Assembly: GCF_964204645.1 (NCBI RefSeq)
Contig: NC_134035.1
Span: 3,224,001-3,288,000 of the forward strand
Origin: Tubulanus polymorphus
Lineage: Eukaryota > Animalia > Nemertea
Length of the DNA: 64,000 nucleotides
Reading direction: 5' to 3'
Notes under the pieces: model-generated
The model's database searches: none
The model's input: the letters and a program-made list of their open reading frames with translations, nothing else
Told to the model about the DNA's origin: nothing
Translations under genes and position numbers: made by a program
Shown: piece by piece, positions 26,415 to 39,900 of the stretch
How the letters are laid out: each line of letters begins with the position of its first letter
Position numbering within the stretch: position 1 is the stretch's first letter

Positions 26415-26886
26415 GAATGAGAGATGAGTATGAGAGATGAGAATGAGATGAGTATGAGAGATGAGGATGAAAGAGTGAGATGAGGATGAGTATGAGAGAT
26501 GAGTATGAGATGAGAATGAGAAAGAGTGAGATGAGGATGAGTATGAGAGATGAGTATGAGAGATGAGTATGAGAGATGAGGATGAAAGAGTGAGATGAGG
26601 ATGAGTATGAGAGATGAGTATGAGAGATGAGTATGAGATGAGAATGAGATGAGTATGAGAGATGAGTATGAGATGAGGATGAAAGAGTGAGATGAGGATG
26701 TGTATGAGAGATGAGTATGAGAGATGAGTATGAGATGAGTATGAGAGATGAGTATGAGATGAGTATGAGATGAGGATGAGAGATGAGTATGAGAGAGTGA
26801 GAGATGAGAGATGAGTATGAGAGATGAGTGTGAGAGATGAGGATGGGAGATGAGTATGAGAGATGAGGATGAGAGATGAGAGATGA
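26415..26886 (+). repeat. Purine-rich complex microsatellite (GAGAT/GAGTAT/GAGGAT)n
   Basis: Directly visible; source of the spurious 183-aa S/H/L ORF. Confidence 0.95.
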
Positions 26887-28505
26887 TAGAAAGAGACAGA
26901 GAGGGGATTGTATATCACCTGAACTTCTATGTTCCTCGTTGTTTTCTATTCGGCAGATTCTAGATGCCGTCAGTAGTTTTAGTTTTACAGTTTTTAGTTC
27001 AAACAGATATTTATCCCATCAGCAGCAAAGTCATCACATAGTTAGTCCTCGTGGACATAAAGTTCACTATAACTGAAGTCAAGTTCTCCCAATATTTGTT
27101 CGTTTGTTTGTTTATCCTCTCAGTGAGTTCTAACGCTGCCAACACATATTTTATCCAGTTCATCTGATGTAGTCCTGATCATCAAACACAAACGTCAATA
27201 ATTCCATCCTAATGATGACAAACATCCTAAAAGATATAAATGAAACTTTATAGATTTGAGGCAACCAATCAGTTATACACAGTGTAAGAGTTAAGTAAAG
27301 TTACTGGTGCATCAGAGAAATGGCAATCTAAGGTAGGCTACTCCCCAAAATGAGTGTCAGGGGTCAAATATTTTTTGTCTCCGATTTTGATGAAATTCAG
27401 TATAAACATGTATTCTTGGGTGCTGATCACAAATCTGAACGAATTTTTTGGATCTGAGGCCCAGAAAATGAGAAATTCGAATTATTGGGGGACCCCCCTA
27501 AATTTTCAAAAGGCCTTGGACCCCAGAGTTTTCGAGATATTCAAAATCTGATTGCAGATTTGGAATCAACACCCCTGAAAATATAAAGGACTAAAATTTC
27601 AAGCAAATCGAAGAGATTCGGTTTTTTGGCCAAAAATGGCAAAAATCTAAGGTGTTAGTCCAGGAGTTTTTTTTCGGCGAAAACTTTTTTTTCTCTGATT
27701 CCTTCTAAAATTGGTAGGAATATGTATTCTGAGGTGTAGATTCCGGATCCGCAAACAGATTTTGAATCGGAATTCAACTTCATGGGCAAATAAGGGTTTT
27801 AATGCCCAAAATATGCACCCCAAAAATGGGGTACAAAGTCAAAATATTTTTTTGGCCCAATTTTAATGAAACTTAGTGCAGACATGTTTTTTGGGGTGCT
27901 GATTACGAATATGGGGTTAGATTTTGGATCCGAGGCAACTAAAATGAGATATTCAGGATTTCGTGTTTTGACCCCCTTAATTTCGTCACAAATTTTGATG
28001 AAATTTGCCTGGGAAATTCGGCCCAAAATCGAATTTTATTCAATGATCAAATATTCAATCAATTTTTAAGGTAGAAATTGATGCTCTTACTAAAAACCCT
28101 GTATTATAATTCCTGCAACACAATTACAGGCTGCCTCAAATAACCACATTGACAATTCTTATGAAATGCAGAAAACAGTGTTTACAGATAAACTGCTTTC
28201 TCATAATTGTTTTGGAAACTTATAAGAAATTCTACTCACACACTCACTAGCCCTTGTCTAGCAGAAATGGTAGTCCACCGAGTTCCACAAATCCACATAC
28301 AGAGTTCCACACCTCCTGGAGTCCACCACTGACTGTTTTTTTATCCACTTATAGTCCAGTTAGTTCACTAGTAGTCCGGAAGAAGTAAAACTGTGACAAA
28401 TTTCAGTTGAAGTCCACCACGTCCAGTATTTGTGATGAAGTTTACACAACAGCCCGAAGAAAACCTGAAATATAAAATTGAAATCACATTAACAGGGAGA
28501 CTGAC

Positions 28506-28982
28506 TGAGAGGTTGAGGGAGGATGGGGTGAGAGGTTGGGGAGGATGGGGTCAGAGGTTGAGGGAGGATGGGGTGAGAGGTTGGGGAGGATGGGGTGAGA
28601 GGTTGAGGGAGTATGGGATGAGAGGTTGGGGGAGGATGGGGTGAGAGGTTGGGGGAGGATGGGATGAGAGGTTGGGGGAGGATGTGGTGAGAGGTTGAGG
28701 GACAATGGGATGAGAGGTTGGGGAGGATGGGGTGAGAGGTTGAGGGACAATGGGATGAGAGGTTGGGGAGGATGGGGTGAGAGGTTGAGGGAGGATGGGG
28801 TGAGAGGTTGGGGAGGATGGGGTGAGAGGTTTAAGGAGGATGGGGTGAGAGGTTGGGGAGGGTGGGTTGAGAGGTTGAGGGAGGGTGGGGTGAGAGGTTG
28901 AGTGAGGATGGGGTGAGAGGTTGGGGAGGGTGGGTTGAGAGGTTGAGGGAGGGTGGGGTGAGAGGTTGGGGAGGATGGGTGA
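28506..28982 (+). repeat. G-rich 23-bp minisatellite (GGGGTGAGAGGTTG(G/A)GGGAGGAT), ~20 copies
   Basis: Directly visible. The paralogous array at ~32110-32278 has only ~7 copies. Confidence 0.95.
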
Positions 28983-31900
28983 AAAGAGAAGCAAACACAA
29001 TAACTCAGGCTTAAGCAAAAGTTTTCAGCAGTTTTCAGTACGGCACTGGATTAACAGATTCTCGTTTTACACAAGAGCCCAGCCTGTGGCAGTGGGAGAA
29101 AGCTGGTGTAACTTGCTGAACAAGATGTGGTGCTGGAGGAAGTTGAAGAACAGTTCATCAAGATTTGTGAAACTATCGCCTGCACCATGTGTAATGCAAG
29201 CGGCTAGGGTAGTGCGGCCCGTATAGGCTAGAAAGTGGTTTTTGACACCGAGTGAGGTCCCTGTTAGCCTAGCACCTAGCCGTCGTTACCCAAACAACCC
29301 GGAACCCGTAGTAACAACGACTGACTGATTCAGACTAAATTTGAGTAGGTCCCGGCCTCCACTGACTGTCGTGAAGTGTCTGCGAAGTCACTGGAGTGAG
29401 GTCCCCCTAAACTGTGTGTGTGTACCTGAGGACATGAAAATGAAATATCATGTATGAATTTTTATCTTTTTTACCAATATCAAAATTCGTACATTTAGAA
29501 TCATCGCGGCTTTAAAGTCTTTATCAATTGAGGGAATAGTTCACTGTAAATAAAGAATTAGCGATTGAATTGAGCCCGCTCCACAGTAAAATTGCGCGAT
29601 TAATTCAATCTCGACCGTCTAGTGCTGCCGCTATGTATAACGATAGCGTGGAAAATGTGAACTAACATAATACTCGCTTGCCAGAGTCTTCGAACGGCAG
29701 GAGTGGACGAACTAATTACCGATTTGCGGGCCGGATTCCGAGGAAAATTCTCAAACTCTGAAAACTGCTCTCAAACGTTCGAACCAAGCAGTTTTTCTAT
29801 AAGAGAATGAGCCTTAAAAGAGTTAATTTGAATCGGGGTATTTCTAGTATGGTCTGGGAGAGAGCGACAGGTGTTTGTAAGTTCCCTGTTTATTTGCGCG
29901 CAAATAGACTATAATCGAAGAAAAAATATGAACATTTTGTCAATTCTGATGATAAATTATCATTAAAAAATGAAAATGAATAATTTATTCTGTATACAAA
30001 TACTATATCAATTGATAAGTAAGTGAATTTTAGCTAAAAAAAATTAAATATGTTACCTAAAAATAAGGAAATATCATACAAAATTCAGAACGTATTCATA
30101 GTATCATATTTAATCAGAATAAGACGACACACTGGTCGGTACTGTACGTAATAAGGACATTTAAATTCCGGCGGTAAATATGCGCTACTATTTTAGTTCA
30201 CAGAAATTCCGCTATCGTTATTCATAGGGGCAGCACTGTACGGTAAATATCTAACTCAGCCTCGCTATCTTACTGTGGCATGCGAGCAATACAGATATTT
30301 TTCTTAGCCGAATTTCGTTGATTATCTAATACGATTCCATTGTATATGAATAATTCGACTATCGTTTAAGGTTTTTAGAAGGGGATTCTCTTTCTAAAAC
30401 GAATTTCAAAACGTTTGTGATAGAACTCTTTTGTCTGCGGAATGTATTAGCATCCGGTAAAGCGGTAGGCTCACATGCCAAAGGAAGAACTTCAAGCAAA
30501 TTTAATTTTATTCTCTAAAATAGTGCATTCAACTACCACTAACACTGTAACCAGAAATAATGCTCGGAAACTAATAAAGAAGAGTAAATTTGAAGTCAAG
30601 TTCTCCCAATATTTGTTCGTTTGTTTGTTTATCCTCTCGGTGAGTTCTAACACTGCCAACACATATTTATCCAGTTCATCTGATCCTGATCATCAAACTC
30701 AAAAAGTCAATAATTCCCGGCATCCTAATGATGAGAAACATCCTAAAAGATATAAATGAAACTTAATAGATTTGAGGCCACCAAACAGTTATACACAGTG
30801 TAAGAGTTAAGTCTAGTTACCGGTATATCAGAGAAATGGCAATCTAAGGTAGGCTACTCCCCAAAATGAGTGTCAGAAGTCAAATATTTTTTGTCTCCGA
30901 TTTTGATGAAATTCCGGTTAGACATGTATTCTGGGGTGCTGATCACAATTCTGAACGAATTTTTAGGATCCGAGGCCCAGAAAATGAGAAATTCGAATTT
31001 TTGGGGGGACCCCTAAATTTTCAAAAGGCCTTGGACCCCAGAGTTTTCGAGATATTCAAAATCTGATTGCAGATTTGGAATCAACACCCCTGACAATATA
31101 AATGACTGAAATTTCAAGCAAATCGAAGAGATTCGATTTTTTGGCAAAAAATGGCAAAAATCTAAGGTGTGTTAGTCCAGGAGTTTTTTTTCGGCGAAAA
31201 CTTTTTTTTCTCTGATTCCTTCGAAATTTGGTAGGAATATGTATTCTGAGGTGTAGATTCCGGATCCGCAATCAGATTTTGAAACGGAATTCATCTTCAT
31301 GGGCAAATAAGGGTTTTAATGCCCAAAATATGCACCCCAAAAATGGGGTACAAAGTCAAAATATTTTTTTGGCCCAATTTTAATAGAATTTAGTGCAGAC
31401 ATGTTTTCTGGGGTGCTGGTTACAAATATGAGGTTAGATTTAGGATCCGAGGCTCCTAAAATGAGATATTCAGGATTTCGTGTTTTGACCCCCTTAATTT
31501 CGTCACAAATTCTGATGAAATTCGCCCTCGAAATTCGGTCCAAAAACGATTTTTATTCAATGATGTCAAATATTCAATTAATTTTTAATATTCAATTAAT
31601 TTTTAAGGTAGAAATTGATGCTCTTACTAAAAACCCTGAATTATAATTCCCGCAACACAATTACAGGCTGCTTCAAATAACCACATTGACAATTCTTATG
31701 AAATGCAGTGAACAGTGTTTACAGATAAACTGCTTTCTCATAATTGTTTGGGAAACTTTTAAGAAATTCTACTCACACTCACCAGCCCTTGTCTAGCAGT
31801 AATGGTAGTCCACCGAGTCCCACAAATCCACATACAGAGTTCAACACCTCCTGGAGTCCACCACTGACTGTTTTTTATGAGTATCAATCTAAATGGTCCT

Positions 31901-32109
31901 AAATGGACTAAATGGTCCGGTTAGTTCACATATAGTCGGGTTAGTTCACTAGTAGTCCGGAAGAAGTTGACTGAAGAAGTAAAACTGTGATAAATTTCAG
32001 TTGATGTCCACCACGTCCAGCATTCGTGATGAAGTTTACACCACAGCCCGACAGAGGAAAACCTGAAAAATAAAATTGAAATCATATTAACAGGGAGACT
32101 GACTGCGAG

Positions 32110-32278
32110 AAGTTGGGGGAGGTTGGGGTGAGAGGTTGGGGGAGGATGGGGTGAGAGGTTGAGGGAGGATGGGGTGAGAGGTTGGGGACAATGGGATGAT
32201 GAGGTTGGGTGAGGTTGAGGGAGGATGGGGTGAGAGGTTGAGGGGGGATGGGGTGAGAGGTTGAGGGAGGATGGGTGA
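32110..32278 (+). repeat. Shorter paralogous copy of the 23-bp G-rich minisatellite
   Basis: Same unit, same flanks within the segmental duplication. Confidence 0.92.
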
Positions 32279-35200
32279 AAAGGGGAGCAAAACAGTACAA
32301 TTACTCTAACATAGTAGCCTAAAGGCTTCAGCAAAGGTTTTCAGCAGTTTTCAGTCCCCTGGTCACACTGGTTTAACAGATTCTCGTTTTTCACAAGAGC
32401 CCAGCCTGTGGCCGGGAGAAAGCCATTGTAACTAACTGGTCGAGTCAGGGCCTGGCCGGCTTCACTAGTGTGTCGTGACGTGTTTGCGAAGTCAATTGGA
32501 GTGAGGTCTCCCTGTGCGTCCCGGGCCCTGAGGACATAAAATATGATGAATTCTTATCATTTTACCCAATTCAAAAGTCGTACATTTAAAATCATCGTGG
32601 CTTTAAAGTCTTTATCAATTGAGAGAATAGTTCACTGTAAATAAAGAATTAGCGATTGAATTGAGCCCGCTCCACAGTAAAAATAGAGCGATCTAATCTT
32701 GACCGTCTAGTGCTGCCCCTATGTATAACGATAGCGTGGAAAACGTGAACTAACATAATACTCGCTTGCCAGAGTCTTCGAACGGCCGTAGTGGACGAAC
32801 TAATTACCGATTTGCGGGCCGGATTCCGAGGAAATTTCTCAAACTCTGAAAACTGCTCTGAAACGTCTGGCCAAACAATTTTTCTATAAAAGAATAAGCC
32901 TTGAAAGAGTAAATTTGAATCGGGGTATTTCTAGTATGGTCTGGGAGAGAGCTACAGGTGTTTGTATGTTCCCTGATTATTTCTGCGTAATTAGAATATA
33001 TCGAAGAAAGATTATTGACATTTTGGACATATGGACATTTTGTCAATTTTATCATTCAAAAATGTAAACGAATAAGTTATTCTATATATAAATACTACAT
33101 TAATTGATAGGTAAGTGAATTTTAGCTAAAAAGAATTAAACATGTTACCTAAAAAATTAGGAAATATCATACAAAATTCAGAACGTTTTCATAGTATCAT
33201 ATTCAATCAGAATTAGGCGCCACACTGGTCCGTATTGTACGTAATAAGGAAATTTAAATTCATGCGGTAAATATGCGCTACTATTTTAGTTCACACAAAT
33301 TCCGCTAGCGTAATTCATAGGGGCAGCACTGTACGGTAGATATCTAACTCGGCCTTGCTATCTTACTGTGGAATGCGAGTAATAAAGATATTTTTCTTAG
33401 CCGAATTTCGTTCAATGTTTAATACGATTCCATTGTATATGAATAATTCTACTATCGTTTAAGGTTTTTTGAAGGGGATCATCCTTTTAAAACGAATTTC
33501 AAACCATTTTTGATAGAACTCTTTTGTCAGCGGAATGTATTAGCATCCGGTAAAGCGATAGGCTCACATGCCAAAGGAAGAATTCTGAGCAAATTAAATT
33601 TTATTCTCTAAAATAGTGCATTCAACTACCACTAACACTGTAACCAGAAAAAATGCCCTGAAACTATTAAAGGAACAACTTTCTATGAAAGAATTAGGCT
33701 TAAGAGTAAATTTGAATCGGGGATATTCCTAGTTTCGTCTGGGAGAGAACGACAGGTTCTAGAAGCCACGCAGTTTTTTTTCAGTTGCCCTGTTTTTAGT
33801 TCAAAAGCAAATCGGTAGTGTCACATATTTAGTCCTCGTAAAGTTCACTATAACTGAAGTCAAGTTCTCCCAATATGTGTTCGATTGTTTGTTTATCCTC
33901 TCGGTGAGTTCTAACGCTTGCCAACATCCAGTTCGATGTAGTCCTGATCAACAAACAAAAATGTCAATAAATACCGGTACTATAGTTCCTAATGATGACA
34001 AACATCCTAAAAACAGACATGACAGTCATTTTGGCCAAATTTTCATCTTCAGGAAATATGTGGTAATGTATTCTGATGGTGAAGAGTAAGAAGTGAATGG
34101 TGATAGCCCTCAGTCGGCTGAGAAATACTGTTACGCCAAACAGGAAAAAGGCTCGTGGCTCCAGTTAGTCGAGCGCGACGAGATATATTGTTTCAAATAT
34201 ATGCACCTCCAATGCCTTGCGCCTCCAACCTGAAAAATATGATGTAGAGGACATGGGCCGAATGGAATGTTAGCTGGACCATCATAGTATGGGCTGTAAA
34301 CAGTGATTTAAGTGGGATTCGATCCAAATGTTGAGGATAAATGAAAATCAACCAGACGCGTTTTACCCGAGCTTCACGTGACCAGAGAATGTTAGGATAA
34401 TCGCCCTTAGAACAGACATATCTAAAAAATCTAGGAACCGCTACGATATCTTTTATAACATTATTACAATAAGAAACCATTACGCGTATTTGTCAAACCC
34501 GAACTTCGTTGTAAACCGGTTAATTGTCTTGGACCTGTGAGCTATTGATCCGCAGCAAGATTCCGTAGTAACTAAAAAATGTTTGTAATGTTGGTTTTTG
34601 TTTGCGTTGGTGGTTTCTTTATGGGTATCAGACAACAAACGATGTAGTATAAAATTGTGCAAGTTGTTGTTTGATGCTTTGATCTATCAGCGCTGACAAT
34701 AAATCAGCCAGGTGCAAAAATAATTCTTTCTCGGTTCTTGTGCTGCGATATCTGGCAAACATTCAGAATCATTTTTAAACTTAAGAATAGACGGAACTGT
34801 AATTGGTTGGGTCGGAACAATGAGGTGCTTTGATAATGTGGTTTGTGCAGGGATCTCGCTGTTACTTCTTGATACTCCCGACTACTTTCTATAAAAGGAA
34901 GAACCGGAAGTATAGGAAGACATTGTTGTTTTGCTTTATCCTGTATTATAATAGAATTAGTTAAATTATAAATGAAAATTGGTATAATAAGTATAGAATG
35001 ATTTTAGATTTGATAATTAATTACATTGTATTTCTGAATCAAAAGTTTACTATTGTTAATTGGAAAAAGAAACGATGAGTTTGTTCCATAATCTAGGTGA
35101 AAACTAAGTTTTGAAAATATATCTAAATTAAGTATCCTGGATGTTAATTAAGGACAAGACCTTTATAATCGCTTAAGTTTTATGGAAGTTTAATTGTGGC

Positions 35201-36774
35201 AAATATCAATACTAGCTCTCTAAGGTTTCTGTTGGTGTACATGTCTGTTGGTAACCCGTAGAGAATAGCTGCTCTCTCAACAATGATAAGCAAGGAGTGA
35301 GTAAATCAAAGCGCGTCATGACAGGAGCGTTGAAAAGAAAAGTTACTTTGGCAAATCAGTTTCTCAAATAATTTTAGATTAGCGAATCATTAAGGCTAAT
35401 TCTACATGTCCAAAACCGTCATGACAGCTAGGTTGCTGCTCCTTGCCAAAAGTCGAACGGGAGAGTCGGCATTCTAGGAATGCCGATCTTTTCCATAAAA
35501 GAGGCCCGCAGTCTTGAGAAAGCAGACCTACTAGGGACGCTCGTTAAGATACTTGAGATCTGGGTGGAAATACCAGAATTAAGACGGGTTGCCAACAGTA
35601 GTGTACAATAGGAATTTAGAGTTAGGAATTGGACTGTGTGCTATCTGGAGATATTACTATTATCAAGGTAAATAAAATCTATTTTATCATTATTATATTC
35701 AATCAGAATTTCGGCATTTTAGTTTAATTATTTGGGTTTGTGCACGGACACGTTCTCTCGCCAGGGACCGATCTTTACGTTTTTATATTCAACGATTAAG
35801 GAGAGGATTGTGACCGGTGTATCACTATATTTTACAATGTGTTACATAATTTTACACTATGTTTAGAAACGTTTCTTCGCCATCGTTTCTTCGCGTATTG
35901 ATAACAAGTATTCTTTGTTGATTCGACGTAAGTTACTTTATTCATGTATCATGTATTTGACTGATATTTTCAAATATCTGTATCAATCGTTTTAGATTTT
36001 GTACAGTATAGTTTTCTCCTGACCAACTACTGCATTCTACATCATCTAAGATTCTTTTCCACGGTTTTAGGTAACATAAAAGCTTTTTAATTCCATATGT
36101 GTATTGTACAGAATGTTGTAATTTATTCATGAAATAAGTAATTCATACTTTCACGTTATCATTGACAATGAATTTAATACATTGTTATTTATGATAAGAG
36201 GTAGAATTCATGGCAGTCGAATAGCACCTTACACCTATAATAACAGATAAAATGATAGTTCAAAACATCAACAGCACTTCGAGTACACGTGGACGCTAAG
36301 TCAACTTCAACAATCTTATATCAATTTCCAGTTAAAGCCTGTTCAACCGATATCGATAGCAATGCGATAGCCGCCTGCTCGGTGACCCTTGGCAAATAGA
36401 GTTGATTTGTTTATAAGAAGAAGACGCTTATGTAAGTCGTATAAATCGAACGGACCACGTACACACTACAGGTAAGAACAAAAGTAGAGAGTTACGTATA
36501 TGATGTACATGTATAGCAAACGTACGTTCACTTATTTCTAAAATCAGAAAACAATGTTACATGATTAAAAAAAGATTAGAAAAAGAGACATTACGTATTC
36601 AAAGGGGTGAGACCCCGCTTGCCTCGGATCTCACGGGACCATTAATCTATCTCCGATGTAAGCGAATTCCGGAGTAACCAAGACGATATGTCGCCATCAT
36701 TGCAAAGTCGGAACATTTTAAGATGCTTTTTTTCTGGCCGGGTAACTATGATCGGAGGCAAGCGTGGTCAACAT

Positions 36775-36881
36775 GGACCCAGTTCCACAGTTGAGTTAAA
36801 ATCAGTTCATTTTCTCAGTTAACTGAGTTCTCTGAGTTAACTCAGAGTCCAATCTTAACTCACAACTGTGGAATTGGATCC
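36775..36881. mobile_element. Palindromic MITE (family with TIR ggacccagttccacagttgtgagtt)
   Basis: Inverted termini. Related copies or halves at ~2640-2672, ~4130-4155, 39361-39490, ~49450-49650 and ~52310-52420. Confidence 0.75.
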
Positions 36882-36997
36882 TGAGGTCTGATTGATAATT
36901 TTTCATTAAGTAACCATCTCCTAAATTCAGACTGTATGGCTTACGTATAACTTAGGAGTAATACAATGTATTTTGTCGTTTATGAGTTTATTATCAT

Positions 36998-39900
36998 TTA
37001 TCCTTGCTTTTTCAATATCTCGTCTTGCATTGCTGGAATGATACCCTCCCGGAAAGCAACGTCCAGCAGCTCTTCCGAGTCGGCGATCTTCGGGTATTCG
37101 TGAATAGCCCATTTGAGGTAAACCATGAATTCCTTCCAATCGATTCCGCCATCGCTGTCCATGTCGATCGCTTGCAGGGCTCTCTTCGTGTCGGAGCAGC
37201 GATAGCAGCCGAAATAGGGCGCCATGAATCCGTTATAGAACGAATCGAACTCCAGCATATCATCGCCTTAAAATGTAACAGAAAAAAATATATATAGTAT
37301 TTACACACATAGGATTCGGTTCCTGGGCTAAGTAGGTGGTTTTGGAGTTGCAAATTGTAATTAGCCAAGTTAGAACATTAGCTACGGACCAGGGACCAGT
37401 TGCGTAGTCAAGACTTAAGACCAAAGGTGGTCTTAAATCTTAAGACTGATCTTGAGTTGTTAGATTGGCTATAGAACTAAGTTTGTCTTCAAAGCCCTGT
37501 CTATGGAACCGGACCCTGACGACTAGTTAACTTTGAACTTAAGTCAGGCCCGTACAACTGGGAGCTGTTTCAGGATTAGTGCATATTTACAATAACCTGG
37601 TGTCAAATTAGAAAACGTAAGAATACAGTACATTGAGGGATAACTTGTTTTGATTGGTGTATTATATACACCATTTAGATACTATTGTTTCTACGTTGAT
37701 TCGGCTCATTTTATCTGATAAAATCTACTGCTGTAGCGAAAGAGGTTACTTTTGGAAAATAACAGTTGCAAAGATATTGATTGAAGAACTCTCGTCAGAA
37801 CTTTACCTTGAACGGTATCTTTAAGATCCCACGTATCCCATATTTCACGAATCTCGGCAATAAGTCGTTCAGCATGAAGCGAATTGGTCTCCATTTTAGA
37901 AATAGCTTCACTCATCGCTTCGGTCAAAGAACCTCCCGCTCTATCGTATAGGATAGCTAAACCGACCATGCTTTGGTATTCTTCTTTCCTGAAAACGAAT
38001 CGAAAAAGAACCGACCGATGTATTTGAGTACTGAATTACATTAACGATCACTCTATACCCCAGGCGCGGATCCAGGGTCAAAGGGGGTTCACTTAGGGAA
38101 TGTTGGGCCTATTTCTTAGCTTCACCGCTGTTATTCTAATCAAAACAAAATCGTTGTTCCACATAAAGATCTTCAAGAATGGTAAAACAGCTAATTGCCG
38201 AAACAGGATTTCGATATCTTTCAGTTTTTCAACCAAATATTTGATATTTCTTCGGAGAATGATTCAGTCTGCAATATTTGAGGATGGAAACTATAAGGGA
38301 CCTCGACATTTTTTCGTGTTCTGGACTTCTGGTTCGTGTTGTGTATATACAACGATACCTGTTGTTGCGTAAGTCCTCGAGCATCTTCTCTTTCATTTTC
38401 GTCGTCCGTTCGGTTGTGAAATCAGCGTTTTCGCCGAACAGGTGCACCAGTCGCAGTCTGATTATCTCCGGTGTGGCGACGGTCGTGATGCGCATCGTAT
38501 TCTCCTCGCCGAAAAACTTGGCCATGTCGAAGTCGCCCTTGTCGAGGCTGTACACGAATTCCAAAGCCCTCTTGCCGTAGATAATCTGTCGGCCGTGCGG
38601 TTCCTTTTCGGTGGTGATTTTTGTCACGTTTCTGGCCGCTTGTCGCAAATAGCTACAGTTGTACCTGAAAATGGCGAAGTTTTACTCACGTTTATATGAT
38701 CGAAAGATTATATCATCAAATAACGCGGTAAAATCCTAGAATTCAGAAAAGAAAAAAGGCCCGAAAAGTTTCCTTGAGCTATAGTTAATTTTCATCTTCG
38801 TCTGCGGGTTCACTGATATAAGCATATAGTCGAAACGTTGAAACAAACTACTAGCTCGATGAAACCATTCGGACCCATCTATCTTTCCGATATTGTAGGA
38901 TTTTAGCGTTTTGTCGTTTCAGCTCGGACTCTGAATGTTTCAACAAGATTATCGTATTATAAGTGTATTGGGGACGGGGCATCATTCAACTCAAAGAATC
39001 TATCGAATCTGTTATAATTCGTTCTTTGTCCCTCGACCCAGACGGAGAGGCGTAACAGTGATGTCCCGCTCTGCCGTCGCTATCGTAAACTGACAGAATG
39101 AAATTTTCCCTGGACAGAATTCTCACCTTTTCAGGACTTTCTTATTGCCGAGTCGTATCAAGTTGGTAATTGTAACACACGATGAAGCGGCTCCCATCGA
39201 AGCGCCCTCGCAGCAAACGCTTGCCCATATTCCGTTACAGCCGAAAGCTAGTGCCTATAATATGACCGCAAAAAACACTGTTGAGACCTTGGTTGATGCT
39301 GTGTTCAAAGAGTTTGTAACGGGAAACGATGTTTTATTCATCGACTTGTTTGGTTCTCCAGGACCCAGTTCTACAGTTCTGGGTCCATTTCCACACATCC
39401 GAGTTAAGATTTAACTCCGAGTTAACTCATTGAAAATGAACTGACTTTAACTCAGAGTTAACTCTAACTCACAACTGTGGAACTGGGTCCTGAGTTTTAA
39501 TTCGACCCTTTCATTGAAAATGAAACGATTTCGCTCACAACTGTCGAACTGGAGCCAGAAATCATCAAGTCATTATGCAACCAAAATAGTTTGAAATTAC
39601 GATACTGATCTATATGAGCGAAAAGTTCAAATACCATATCCATGAAATAATGACCCAAGTGTAGAATCCGATTAAGTAGTTCCGGGACAAATCAAAATGA
39701 AGAACCGAATCACTACCGAAGTATGGAATAATGTTCCTACCACCCTTGCACTATTACCCCGTTTACTACACTTGGGCCAAAAAGGATCTTAATTTTTGCC
39801 GAAGAGAAATTCACTCACTTTTAGATTAGTTGCGTCACACAATCCATACTTTTCGTGTGTATGAACTAACAAATGACCCTTCCAATCATTGTTGTCCATA

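Larger units (their letters stand above)
27074..34012 (+). repeat. Tandem segmental duplication of ~3.5 kb (27074-30590 and 30591-~33710) plus the start of a third copy (~33830-34012)
   Basis: tgaagtcaagttctcccaatat at 27074, 30591 and ~33855. The copies are colinear, with scattered substitutions and indels throughout. Confidence 0.92.

Noticed and set aside
26367-32334. S/H/L-rich and P-rich ORFs
   Set aside because: Translations of micro- and minisatellites.
34836-35845. Possible solo LTR (TATA-like ccataaaagagg, AATAAA, TG..CA ends)
   Set aside because: No matching TSD and no second copy in the window.
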